Shown here: piece after piece, positions 15,401 to 29,800 of the stretch
How positions within the stretch are numbered: position 1 is the first letter of the stretch
How the letters are laid out: each line of letters begins with the position of its first letter
Source of the DNA: Azolla caroliniana
Taxonomy: Eukaryota > Plantae > Polypodiophyta
Length of the DNA stretch: 64,000 bases
Assembly (NCBI GenBank): GCA_043228905.1
Contig: JBHGNT010000015.1
Span: 15,128,001 to 15,192,000, forward strand
Reading direction: 5' to 3'
Translations under genes and position numbers: made by a program
Notes under the pieces: model-generated
Told to the model about the DNA's origin: nothing
What the model saw: the letters and a program-made list of their open reading frames with translations, nothing else
Databases searched by the model: none

Positions 15401-17499
15401 TCGGGTGTGATGCGGCTGCTTGTTTGCCATACTGGCAGTGCTCGCAAAATTGATGGTCCGAGAAGGAGAGTTTGGGGATGTATCCGGCTCTAGATAGGTG
15501 CGTGATGCCGGCCTTGCTGAGGTGTCCCAGTCTTCGGTGCCATAATGATGACACAGGAATATCCACCAAAAACAGGTTACCCTCTCTGAGCGTAACATGT
15601 AACGGATACAGTGAGTGTATCTTGGGTCCTCTAGCAAGCAGGAGGTTCCCCCTGTGGAGTGTCCACCCTCCCGAAGAAAAGCCGGCACGAATGCCGTCTT
15701 CATCTAGTTGTCCGACTGAGATCAATGGCCTTGAGAGCTCGGGTACATGTCGGACATTGTGGAGTACAAGTGTAGAGCCACCTGCAAGGTTGAGCTCTAC
15801 TGTGCCGATTCCGATGATGTCACAGTGTTGTGAGTTGCCGACCCGAACTGAGTCGGAGTGACGGATCGTATATTGCCGAAATTGGGACCGATGAGGAGTC
15901 ACATGAAATGACGCACCCGAATCCAAGAGCCATGTGCTCGATTCTTCAGTCGTGAGCAGAACTTCTGAGCCGACTGGATTTTCGATTGATAGTATATTCG
16001 GGTCGTCCGGTAGTACATCAGCCGAGAAGCTGACGTAATTGATCTCCTCATGCCGGCCACTCTTCTTGTTGTTCTTGTTCTTGAGTGCGCGGCAGTCGGC
16101 TTTGATGTGTCCGGGTTTCTTGCAATAGTTGCAGATTCGGTTATCCCGTGACTGGCTCCGTCTTCGCTGATTGTTCGGCGGCCGTGAGGAATCTCGTCCT
16201 CGTATGTTCGATCGGTCTGTCGAACCTTGTACTACATAAGCGTCGTCTGTTGAGTCTTTGGCAAAAGACTTTCTCCGAGCTGCTTCAGTCAGGATTGCGC
16301 TCGTGACTTCGGAGTATTTAACAGCCGTGGTTGACGCGTTGCACACGGTTGTGACGAAAGTTTCCCATGATGAGGGAAGGCTGCTCATGAGTATCATTGC
16401 TCTGAGTTCATCCTCGATTGCCGTCCCCTGTGACGAGATTTGGGAGCTTATGCTTTCGTACTCATTGAGGTGTGCTTGAACCGAATCGGATTCTTTCATC
16501 CGCAAGTTGTAGAGGCGCCGGATCAGAAACATCTTCGTTGCGGCGACCTTCTTTTCGTAAGTGTCCGACAGTGTTTTCCACAGTTCGAATGCTGTCGTAC
16601 ACGATTGCACCGTAAAGTATACCGATTCCGATAGGTGCATCCGAATCGTGGCGCGGACGATTCTGTCCAGCTTTTGCCACTCAGTTGGTTTGTATCCTTC
16701 TGGAGGTTCTTCATTTTCGATGGGATCGATTTGCCCCTTGACTATGAGATAGTCCTGCATTTGCTCCTTCCAGAAGTTGAAGTTCGATCCATCGAACTTG
16801 CGTAGACTCATTTCTGACGAGCCGGATGTTGATGCCATCAAATTCGGTTTCGGTTGACGAAGCTCGGTTCGGAGTTGACTACGAATCTTGTTGGAGTGCA
16901 GCCGGTTGGCTCACCCGATATCGTTCTAGTCGGATTTGAACCCGAGTCGGTTCGGCTTCGGAACTTGCTCGAATTGACTCCGGTAACTTGAGGGACAGAA
17001 CCGACTGGTCTTCCCGAATGTTGCCGAGTCGGAGTGAGCCCGGTTCGCTTCGGATATATGTGCCGAATACCGATTATTGAAACCGATTATCTGGACCGAT
17101 TCGGCTTCGGGTGACTGCAGCGACGAGAGAGACGGATCCGAGTGATCCTCCCGAATGTCGATCAGCCAGATGAAGCACGAATTTGGGTTGTTGTCAAAGT
17201 TGCACAAGGGGATTTCACCTCGAGCGGTTACGATCACAAGGGACAGAGTACAACCTGCTGGCTTACTCCAAGCAAGGGGATCTAACGCGATGAGGTGCAA
17301 ACCTCGTTTTCGTTCTTCTTCTCTCTTTCTTCGAATGACGCAGGAAACCGAATGCAGAGACGACGACCGACAGCGGATTGAAGGACCGACTACTGTGCAG
17401 GCTCTGATACCAGATGTTGGAAGCAATGTCGTCTGTGCGGAAGATCAAGAAGCACTCGATTGCTGTTTATTCCCTGTGAATGACAGAATGTAGGTCGTT

Positions 17500-17534
<35 letters not shown>

Positions 17535-20500
17535 CACAAAAAAGTCTTTCTATTGCATAAACTAGAATACAACAACCAACCTCACAAAGAGGTTACAAGG
17601 TCACTATATATAGTGACCAACTTAGGGCAACTACCCTTTATGCTAATTACATAAATGGCCAAAACGGGATAGTGTGAATACGTCCATTATACACATGTAT
17701 TCGACACTCTCTATATAGATTTTGACTGTCCCCATAAATTTTAGTTTTGTAAGGCATTTTCCTTTATGTTTGGGAGTTTTTAGTTCCTTTGGATTAAGGT
17801 TTTAGTATCTAGTTTGAAAGAACAATTCTCTTTTCAAGGAAAGCACCATTTTGTTGCGTTTTTGGTTTGGAGACACTATAAAGAATTGCACCAACTTGTC
17901 ATTGTCTTAGCTCAAATTTTGCAAAAATGTTGAGCAGCTTTGTCTCCATCCAAGTTGCTATAATGAAGGGTTTGAAAAGGATCATCACATGTGATAGTGA
18001 ATCTTGTAGGAGGGAGTTTTGGTCAATTTTAATGGCATTGATATTTACTTGGATACTTCCACAAACCATACATATATCTTCCATCATTTTTGTCATGTCT
18101 TGAATATTCCACCCATGACTTGTGTTAATCTACCATTAATCTTTTCAGTAGTACTCCTTCATCATTAGAATGATCTCAAATCCGTTCGTTAATTAGTTCC
18201 ACCACTAGCTCTTTCATGTTCTTGATCCACATTGGTGTCATAATGGAAAGCCTAAAATGAATGCGTCTTAGTGTCTTAGTCCTATAATTGTTCTTCATCG
18301 ATGATTGATCATCTTGTATTAATTTCATTTTTTGAAGCGTTAAATCTATCCATCTCCTTTGGAACTTATCTTTCTTATATCACAAGTTCTTTGATGATGT
18401 CATGGATATCCTCCTTTGGTACTCTAGGACCTAGTAGTTCTTATCATGAAAACTCAACCTTTCCATCAAAACCTCAGTTTTCGAGAACTTTGTGCATGCC
18501 TTCTTGTTGTTTAATGCATGTCTTCTTCTTGTTGAGCTTGTATGATGGTTTGAACTTCCCTTTCCCTTTCTTGGCTTTCATGATTTCTTTACTTTGCTCT
18601 AGCTCTTAGTATGAGTTTCATAATTTTATGATGGGATTCTTCTACTTCTTGTTTTCATCCGCGAGCACCTAATATAGTTGATATGACAACTTGCACTAAT
18701 GTTGTATCATCACTAGCTAGACTCATCCTCATGACTAGTATTTTTGGTTACTAGTTGTACTTCTAGTGGATCAATAGATCCACTAAATTGAAGATATTGA
18801 CAGCTATGCACAAGAACTCATATCTTTGAGTTGGTGTCTCTTCAATGCAATAATAGCTCAATTCGCCACGTCTATTCCCTCCATCAAACTCCTTTTTCAT
18901 CCCATTGCAATCTTATTTTTAGTAACAACTATGTTTAACACAAGTGGATTTGGTTTCCCTCATAGTAGATGTTTTTGCTTTTTAGCATGTCATGGTATTC
19001 AATGCAATCACATTGTTGTCAGGGTAATTGTGGCTCGAGCGGCGAGGTTACAGGGACTAAGGTTGAGGGAAGTTTGAGAAACATTTTATAAGACTCGTGT
19101 GACTATGTTAGAAAGATTAAGAATAGGAGAAATAAGAGTTAAAAAATAAGGTCGTATAGTTTGTGCTCAATGTGTTGAACGGCCGAACAAGCAAGAGAGA
19201 CAGGCATAGACAAGAGATAAAAAAAAGTGTATGATTTAAGAAACAAGAGCATACAATAAGAACATGATTTATATTGAGAATACCATATTTTACCAAAGTT
19301 ACAATGCTCGATTGCAAAGGTGAAACGCTTCTCTTCCAAACTTTGGCTTTGAACCCTTGACTTCAGAAGCAAGAGTATTCGATAAGAACATGTGTTATAT
19401 TGAGAATACAAGATTTTACCAAACTTACATTGCTTGATCACAAAAATGAAACGTTTCTCTATCAAACTCCGGCTTTGAACCTTTGATTTCCATTTTGAAA
19501 AACAAGACATTCCGCAAATGGCCTAACTTGTTTGATTCCTTAATTATTTGATTTTGTAATCCCTTGAAGGTTCCTTTTCGCCTGTTTATATACATGCATA
19601 CAATGTATGTGAGAAGCATGAGATGCATGTAATGCACGTGATACGTGATCGCCATTTGGCACACATGCACTACATGTGATGCATGATACATACTACTCAT
19701 CTGGGTCATCATATACATATGGGATATATATATAAGATATAAGTATAATAATGAAATTTTTTAATTACATAAAATAGCTTATGCTAATGGTTTATACCTT
19801 ATACTTGATGTACAAGATTATACGTTTGAGTTTCACTAATGTCACTTGATAATATTTGAACTTGTTTTTATATCGTGAAGTATTTGCTTCACAACACCCA
19901 CCCCCTCTAAACTTGCACATTGGTTGTGTAAAGTTCATCCAACACTTCTTCTTATTCTTTTAGTTCTCCTTGTTCATAAAATTCGGGCTTTAGTGACTCC
20001 CTCCTTTTAAACATTTAATCTTTTTTCCCGTAATTGGGGTATGAATTTCTGTTCCATCTAATTCATTGAGAAAATACATGTGGCTTTATCTGTTATTTTC
20101 CTAACTTCATAAGGTTTGAACCATCTTTTTGCGAACTTGCAATTAGTACTATATTGGTTATCCAGGCTATTGTCATATACTAATACACAGTCTCCATCTT
20201 GCACCTTTCTTGGTCGTATTTTTTTTATCTTGTCAAACTGGTCAATTGTTCTTGGTTTTGGCTTCTTTCAATCTACGAGCTGCTTTTTCTATGTCTTTTG
20301 TCCTAAATTCAAGTTGTCGAAACTTAGTAGCAAGTAAATCCCCCCTACTCATTTCCAATTCCCAAGACAACACAGGCCATGTAGCTATCGTTTCTTCAAT
20401 TGGCATTATAAGCTTCTATCATGTTATCAGGTATGCATGCATATATCTCGTAACAGTGCAATGAGTTGTCCTGTCAACCCATAATGCATAGGGTAAGATT

Positions 20501-23500
20501 TTTGGCCAATCACTAACCCATCCTTTACATACCTTTGCCAAAGCTTTGACGATTGGCCCATGTCCCCTTTTGACCTTTCCATTAGCTTCTGCATTGTAGG
20601 ACATTGTCAAAGAAAGCTGAATCTCTACTTTATCGAAAAAATCTTGAGCTTTGGATTCGGAAAATTGAATTCTCCCCTATCTACCACTACCCTCCCAATA
20701 TATCCATACTTGCAAACAATGTCATCCGAGATGAATTGACATACTGCCGATGTCAGTTTCGTTCATAGCGCATGCCCTTCCACTTGATTTGTTAGATCTT
20801 CTCTTGCAAGGACCAAATATTTCTTTTGTCTTGATCCAAGTGGCATGACTATGAAATATATCATCCACTTGTAATGCACCCCTGACGAGTATAATGGGTA
20901 TAATTCATCCCGAAATTTTACATTTGAATTAAGTTTGCCACACTCATCACCTTGAGGAAGGTAGCCAAACATAAATTTAATCCATAGAAATCTTCCTTTC
21001 TTTCTTAAATTTGGTCAAATGTCCTAGTGAAAGCATAAGGATAGATTATATGCGACATATTAAATTTATGAGATACCCAAAGGATGTTGCCCATAATCAA
21101 ATAGAAGGTGAGATTTGTTCCTAGTAGCAACATTGAAGTTTAAATTATGGATCCAAGTATGTATCAACTCTCTTTGGTACTAGAGCCATATCAAAGACAT
21201 ATAGAGATAGTTGTTGTCTAGACCAAATATGTTTCTGAAATTCTTAAAGTATTTATGCAATCTCCATACCAATTGTTGTCAACCTAAACCGCATGAAGCT
21301 TAGATGCATCTAGAACAAATATGTTTTCCTTAATTCTTAAGTTGTTCAAGATGAACATCCGTGCATATCTTTCTACACCCACCCACAATAATTTGTTGGA
21401 ACATAACTAGGGAGATCATCTGACCAAACACGATGATGATGGCCACAAACACACCCCATTTGGTGATGAACACGTATTTTCGTGACCTTCCAATTCCATA
21501 TGCACGTGATTATAGCTACCGAAGCTATCTAAGAAACTATACATTTCGTGGCCCTACCAAGTATCAAAGATGGAGCCGAAGGGGAGAAGGAAAAGGTCAA
21601 CTATCATGATTGCGTGGAGATTCACTCGTCAATGTATACTCACATATTCACATTCTTTTTTGACGTGAACACAATTGAGCTAGGTAAGGTGGTGTACTTA
21701 GCAAACCAAATGAAACCAAAAAAGGAGGAGCTTATCTATCTCCTCTAATGCTTAATCAACATAGTTGGAGTTTGACACGTACACAAGATGTTGAATTGGT
21801 GTTGCATTGATCTTGAGCTCGAGTTTGTGTTAATAAAAGATTAAACCTAAACCTCATGAATTTTGGATAATGATACAAAAATCTAACAAATACCAAACTA
21901 TGGTAAGGATTCTTATTATTCTATATTTATGTTACACAAGACCAAACATGGCCTATGCATTGAGGGTGTTTCCAAAGTTCATAGTGAAATAGAGAAGAAA
22001 ATGTACTGCCAACCTAGTATATATATTACAATATATATGATCATGGATTTGGTCTCAACTATCCTCGAGGTATATAGTGATGAGTATCAATACGATGATC
22101 TAACAACGTTAGAGATCAAAACAAAAGGACAAAAGGTGGGCCTCTAGAGTTTGTTTCTCTATATGGTTCATGATATTTTCTTGTATTCGAAGTTTTTCCA
22201 AAATAAAGCTACTTTCCCATTAGTTAGGAAGGATTATTATAAGGAGACTATACAAGGAAGCTTATACACAAAACGGGGAATCTCCCTCAGATCAAGATCA
22301 AGAAAATGAGACTACTTACATAGTTTTTCAAGCCGACTACCTAAAGTAAGTAGATACCTATACCTAAAAGCAGTGGCCTTTAGTGTCGGCCAGAATGAGC
22401 CGACTCCCGGGGCCTACATCGAAGGGAGGGAGGTGTGAAAGAAGGAAACAACCATCGTGGGGGCTAGTAGTTCCACCTCGGTCCACTTTCTCCTAGCGTC
22501 ACCATAGGCGTGTTCCACCATTTCTGCCAAAAGCGCAACCGGGCAGTGGACATGTCATTGGAGTGGTTGCAAACCTCATCTAATTGCCCTCATAGGTAGC
22601 TGATAAGCGCGAACCAGATATCCATGATCACTTCCTCTAGGGGTTGTACCCGATCTTGGAAAACCTTTAAGCATCGTGCTTTCCAGACATACCATAAGGT
22701 GAAGCCCGCGATCAACCTCCAAATTTCCAGGAACCTAGGGGATGCGGACAACAAGTCTCTCTTGAAGCGGATCTTGCCGATTTGGCCTCCCGTGCATACA
22801 TAGCACCAAGTATCCTCATTAAAGGCGTTCGTCCACCTATCAGTCGAGTGGTCAATCCATGCCGCAGCACTCCACGAGGCTGTTCTAACCACTTCACATG
22901 CCGCTAGGAGGCGATTGACTCTGTCCCATACCTTTTGAGCTTGAGGGCGATCCCAAAGACAGTGTCTCAGAGACTCAATGGGTGAAGAGCAAAGTGGGCA
23001 ACCTATTGGGCCGCCCCTTTTACCAAGCCATTCCCCAACAGGAATCACATTGTGACCAATCTGCCACCAAAAGAGCTTGATTTTTTCAGGCACGTGGACC
23101 TAGGATTTGGTGGGTTTGTCTTATACATGGAGGATGTCCCATCAAATGGTAAGTTGACAATTTGACGAAATTGAAGAGTCATATAGCTTAAATGTTGAGC
23201 CTTAAGGATCTTGCTCCTAACAACTTGAAAATATTTAGGTATTTTCTCAAGGGAGATTTTTTGGGGTTTTAAAGAATTTCCTCTACCTTAAGAGAGAGTG
23301 TTAAATGTTTGTACCTTAACTGTATGGTTTACCCGAAAGAAAACAAAGAGAAAGATTAAGGAAGTGAAATGTTTATCATTCCACCTTTATACTTCTTGTA
23401 CATTTAGTGTTGTATGTACCTTTCCATCCTACAACTATTTCCTAAGCTCTCTTTGTTTCTCTTTATTGTAATTAATAAGGGGGTTGAACCCATGACCACC

Positions 23501-23865
23501 TGGTCCCCAGTGGGCAACCTCACCAACTGAGCTACATCCATCTGGGCTCTCTCTCTCTCTGACTCTACCCTTATTATCAATTGTTCCCTATACAATGTGA
23601 AGAGAATCGACCGGCCACAACCGGTTAATATTCGTGCGTATGTGAATGCGGGTGCAAAGATCGTGAATGACAGTACACAGACAAACAAGAAGAGAAGTAC
23701 AGAAATACAGAGACAAGATGTTTTACGTGGAAAGTTCGAAAGGGAAAAAGCAAGGGAGTCCACAGACTCCGAACAGAATTTCTATATATGGAGAGGAATA
23801 CAAGGAGAGTCGGAGGCAACGACCTCGAGCTCGTCTTCATCTAACAGACGACGGCAGAGTTACAA

Positions 23866-23896
<31 letters not shown>

Positions 23897-26800
23897 TCTC
23901 TCTCTCGTACTCTCTTAGTTACAGTGGCAACAACCAACTACAACTTTTCAACAATGATTAACTACACTACATAACTACTTGCCCTAACTATATTTATACT
24001 CCATATACAACATTGGCTATTTACAAACATCGTCATAATAGACATATTTAGGTTATTTACAAATATAGCCCCTCGGCTATTAGCCAAATCTATTATTCGA
24101 TATGTCAATTTTTCGCTCAATCGATTTTCGTCCTTGGCCGAGTCGAGGTCGACTAATTCACCTCGTGCTCTTCCCATCTAGAGGGACCAGTTTTCCCAAC
24201 ACAATGTGTGTTGTGTATGTATAAATGTTAATGTACATGCTATTCGACGGGAGTCTAGAAATCACAATGTAAGTGTTTATTTCAATCACATGTTTTCAAT
24301 CAGTACTTCCACAGTCCATTCAACAACCATGTTTGGGCTCAAGTGTGAAATCACAATATAAGTGTTTGTTTCAATAATATAAGTGTATGTTTTCACTCAT
24401 GAATTCATCTTTAATTTTTGCAAAAGAAAGAAAAATGTATACCAATATTAAGAAGTTCCATTCATAATGTTTATTAAATCTATTGCCTCACATTTACCTA
24501 ATATAAGGTATTAAGTTTGATGTGAGTGGTTTAATTTAACTTCTTCTAAATTTTTTATGAGAAATGTTGCTTAAAATCGCAGTTAACACAACTAGAGGCA
24601 TTATTTCGAGAAGGCTTTGAACTAATGAATAGTGATGCAAGCCAACCACTAAGTAATGGAGGACAAGGTGTGAGAAGATTATCACTCTCATCAATGGTTG
24701 ATGTTACGAGGAAAATGAGGTTTTGCATAAGAAAACAATGGCAACGTTTGTGGGTTTTGAGTTTGTGGATTGCTGCAATGGTTGCTCTGTTCACATGGAA
24801 GTTCCTTCAGTACAAGAATCGTTCCTCCTTCCTTGTACTAGGCTATTGTGTTTGTGTAACAAAAGGGGCAGCAGAAACTCTTAAGCTCAACATGGCTCTC
24901 ATCCTTCTCCCAGTTTGTCGCAATACAATTACTTGGTTTCGATCCACATTCTTGGGGATAGTCTTTCCCTTTGATGACAATCTTAATCTCCATAAGGTGA
25001 TAACAAACCATTAGATTTTGTCTCCTCCCTCTATGCTCAAATCTTCATTTAATGGAACCCAATTTTTAATCCAACATGGCATCCAATCATATTTAGCAAA
25101 CAATTAAATACATGTTCCTTAAATCAAAATTAGAAAAAAATTCTAATGATAAGCTATTTTGTATCTGAGTTAAGGCCGAGTTAACACAACCATTACATAT
25201 TTTTCCATGACCCGTGCCCCTTAATGTAAGCCCTACATTACTTATTTTAACATTTTACTTTAATCCTAGCTAAAATGATGAAGAAGTGTACTTTTAAGTA
25301 TCCATATCATGCCCCCAACATTCAATTTGCCACATATTGGGATTATTGAAATCTATCAAGGGATTATGGGGTTGAGATTTTAAGCCAATAAATTTAAATC
25401 ATGAAACAAGAAAGCAAATGCCATGGTTTTGCAAGGTGTTAGAAAAAAAACTCTCTCTTTATCTTTACCAATTTCTTACTCGACTAACATGTACATGTTA
25501 AATATTGGATTGATGATGTGGGCATGTATTTACTTATAGTTGATTGCTGGAGCAATTGTCGTGGGTGTGATATTGCATGGAGGGGTACACATGGCATGTG
25601 ACTTCCCAAGGGTGGCAAATGCCAACCCATATGTATTTGCAACCACTATTGGAGCAGACTTTGGAAACCACCAACCAACATATGCTGAGATCATATCAAC
25701 AAGTGAGGTCATGACAGGCATCTTAATGATCTTTTTGATGTTTATTGCTTATGTACTGGCCGCTGGCTCATTTCGTAACAACCTTGTTCGACTCCCTTGG
25801 CCCTTCCATCGTTTGACCGGGTTCAATGCCTTTTGGTATTCACACCATCTCTTCATCCTCGTTTATGCGCTCCTCATTATTCATTCCATATTCCTCTTCC
25901 TCACCCATGATTGGTTACAAAAGACAGTAAGTATTTCACCATAGTTTGTCAATACCATTCAACTAATAGCAACTAGTAGCATTGTTTTTATTTTGTTATA
26001 TGGTTTCACATTTCAATAAATATGTAGTTGCTTGTGATATTTATCAATCACATCACTTGTTATTAACTTGTTCACTATCTATCTCTGTCATGACATGGTG
26101 ATATGGCAATAGTTATCAACCTTGCATGGAAATATGTGGTATCACAATGGAGACAAATATTATGTCATCAACTCCCTATAAGTTTCACAAAGTGACTCCA
26201 TGATTAGGAAACCTAGATAGTAAAGTCTCAACTTTAGTCTATAATGTAAATTTAAAGCTTGCTTTTACAAACAAAAGACTAAAAGCAATATGCAAGTTCA
26301 TTTTGTACGGTCTCTAGTGACCCTCCACCATATTTTGTTCCAAGGTTACTAGTTAAGTCTTTGCATTAACTTTCAAAGATATTAAGGGCAATACCCGAAT
26401 GTTCATAGTGTGTCACCCCATTTTATTTCTTTTTCTATACTCAACAACAAGGTTATATGGAAAAAAGAAAAGTGGCATAGTTTGCTTTAAATTTAAATCT
26501 TAGCTTTCTAGTTTTTATTTTCAACCATAAGACCCTTGTGTTGAGTTCTTAATAGAGTAAGCATAGACTTCAATAACATAGTTTAGGACCATTGATTGCT
26601 AATAATAGACTCTTATTAGAGTGAGCTCGTGGTAAAGTGGCATAGACTTTTGTAAAACTAATTCAAGGCCATTGGAAATTATTTGTACAATAGAAATTAC
26701 GTGTCATATCACATTAGTATTTAACATGTGTATAGTTATTGTCTGTTAATAATATTACTTATGTTCCTTATATTACTTCTGTTCATTACTATTTGTATTA

Positions 26801-29800
26801 TACCTTAGACATGGATGTATCTAGTCGTGCCTGTGCTCTTGTATTGTGGCGAACGAACATTGCGTGCAATTAGAGCTACACAATATAAGGTGGATCTATT
26901 AAATGTAAGATTTCTTAAAGTAAGGTCCATCTTAACATCATCTTCTCCTCTCTGCTAACTAAATTTATGCTATTAATTAATGGGAAAACATGAAAATACC
27001 CCTACCTTGTTGGGAATTGGCAATGTATCTCAAGTTTTCAAACATTACCATAACAACTACTTAGGAGTGACTTTAAGAAGAACCCAAGTCATCAAGGGTA
27101 GTTTTCTATCCACAAAGGGATATTCTTGGAATGTTTGAAAACTTTGGGGTATTCTAGCAAATACCCATCATGTTAGGGGTCTTTACATTGGCCCATGTCT
27201 AAAGTTGGTGTTATCATGTAACTAATTATCTACAACTTTGATAATGTATATCCCGGTCTAAAGGCCTCCATCTATCCCGGTGAGGTTTTGGCACTCTATA
27301 TGGCTAAGCCTCCAGGATTTAAGTACCTTAGCGGTATGTACATCTTCTTGCAATGCCCTAATGTATCACCTTTCGAATGGTATGTCTTTCTTTTTCTTTC
27401 TAAATAAATGTTTTCCATGTGCCCTTCAAATTAATGTTCATAATATAAGAATTTAGTTTAAAAAGTACAAGTTAAAAACCAACACGATGGGTGATCATGC
27501 ATATATCCTATAAGCTATTTTGTAGGCACCCTTTTACTATTACCTCTGCTCCTGGAGATGAATACCTTAGTGTCCATGTTCGAACTTCTGGTGATTGGAC
27601 TAGAGAGCTCTTACAAATGTTTTCACAGGTTTGAGTATTGTATGCATACACCATGTATCACTTTATTTGTCTTTTTCTATGGCTAACTTATATCTTTGAT
27701 TTTCAGACATTAGGTACTAGGAAGTCTCGTCCCCATGGATACATTAAAAGGTATATGAGGATGATAACCTATATAATTCGTTGATTATAAGTTGTATTAT
27801 TATAACTTTACAATAACATTACGCATGGTAACATTTTAGGCATCCAAGGTTATTCATAGATGGTCCTTATGGAGCCCCTGCCCAAGATTACAAGAAGTAT
27901 AATGTGATGCTACTGGTAGGGTTGGGAATTGGAGCTACACCATTCATTAGCATCCTCAGAGACATCCTCAATGATTGGAAATTAGAGGAGAAGGATAAAT
28001 TAAACTCGGTATGTTCAATTGTGGCATATGTTAATGCCTAAGTTTGTGGTACAAAAAATGTGTGCAAATATCCATTTTAGGTGTGAGTGCTTCAATTTTT
28101 TATAATAGGAAAAACATAGCTATAAAAGAGAACCAATATTCTAATATTGTACACCCCAATAATCAATAATCAAGAAGTTGCAAGTTAGTGACAATCTCTC
28201 ATCTTGGTTTCTACTTCTATACGAATCCCATGTGCAAGGTGAAGGCCCTTGATGTACACCTTAAAATACATTGGTGACTATGATATTCAAGGGCCCTTGT
28301 TCCATGCCTTGAAATGCGTCAATTTAGGTAGAGGAAAAACCTGAGAAAAAGAGAATGTAACTAACTAATGACTTCTTGATCAATGATTAATGATTAATGA
28401 ATCGTCTCACGCTACGATCTAGGTGTCTTTTTCTAGCATTCTTTGGCCTAGATCCTATGAACTCATAATGGTCTTCCACACATATTTTACTACCTTAGGG
28501 TATTTACTATAATGTTATTTCAATAAGGATGTATTTTGTTAGATTTTATATAATATAAACATAATATTATATATCAACAAGAGAACATATGGAACTAAAA
28601 TCTAGTGTTGACAATTAAAGAAGATGCCAATTAGGATTTGTCACAGGTTACCTTATTGTAGTTAAACATATCAAAGTGAACTAGTGTCTGTAGGTCAGCA
28701 TATTGAAATATGCTTGTTTAGGTAGAACTTTGGATAATACAATGTTGAACTTGGGCATTCAAATACCTAAGAGTGGAAGAATATGCACAATTTTTTTTTC
28801 CCAAAATGAAGCTACTTTCCCATTAGTTAGGTAGGATTATTACAAAGAGATTGTCCAAGGAGGCTTATACACAAATTGGGGAATCTCCCTCCGATCAAGT
28901 TCAAGAAAATGAGACTACTTACATAGTCTTTCGAACTGACTACTTAATCTAAGTAGATACCTATAGCTAAAAGCAGTGCACTTCAGTGTTGGCTAGTACG
29001 AGCCAACTCTTGGGGCTTACAACAAAGGGAGGGTGGCAGGTGAGTTGGAAACAACAAGCATGGGGGCTGGTAATTCCATCACGGGCCACTTCCTCCTTGC
29101 GTCACCATAGGCGTGTTCCGCCATTTCTGCCAAAAGCTCAAACGGGCAGTGACCACGTTGTTGGAATGCCTACAAACCTCGTCCAATTGCCCTCATATGC
29201 AACTGATAAGCACAAACCATATGTCCATGATCACTTCCTCCAGGAGTTGTACCAGATCTTGGAAGACCTTTAGGCAACGCGCTTTCCATATAGACCACAG
29301 GGTGAAGCCTATGATCAACATCCAAATTTCCGGGAACCTAGGGGATGCAGACTGCAAGCCTCTCTCAAAACGGTTCTTGACGATTTTGCCTCTCGTGCAT
29401 ACATAATACCAACTATCCGTATTGAAGGCGTTCGTCCACCTATCAACCGAGTGATCAATCCATGCCGTAGCATTCCACGATGTTGTTCCTTCCACTTCAC
29501 ATGCCGCAAGGAGGCATGCCACTCTATCCCATACCTTTTGAGCTTGAGGGAAATCCCACAGACAATGTCTCAAAGTCTTAATAGGTGAAGAGCAAAGTGG
29601 GCAACCTAATGGGCCGCCACGTTTACCTAACCATTCACCAACGAGAACCACATTATGACCGATTTGGCACCAAAAGAGCTTGATTTTTTTAGGCAGGTGG
29701 AGACGCCAGAGACCCTTCCAAAAGGTAATGAGCACCTCACCAGGGATGCCAAATGTTTGCCAGCCATTGCGTAGGGGGCCGTCTAGCTGCAGTTGTAAAG

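Larger units (their letters stand above)
12340..17706 (-). mobile_element. Intact, very young Ty1/Copia LTR retrotransposon, antisense in RBOH intron 4
   Basis: 292-bp LTRs TG..CA at 12340-12631 and 17415-17706 (one mismatch seen); TSD CTCTC at 12335-12339 and 17707-17711; PBS TGGTATCAGAGC (tRNA-iMet) at 17401-17412; PPT at about 12632-12640; single open gag-pol ORF. Confidence 0.97.

Noticed and set aside
23479-23547. Functional tRNA gene
   Set aside because: A and B boxes are present but I could not fold a proper anticodon arm and acceptor stem; treated as a SINE head or pseudogene.
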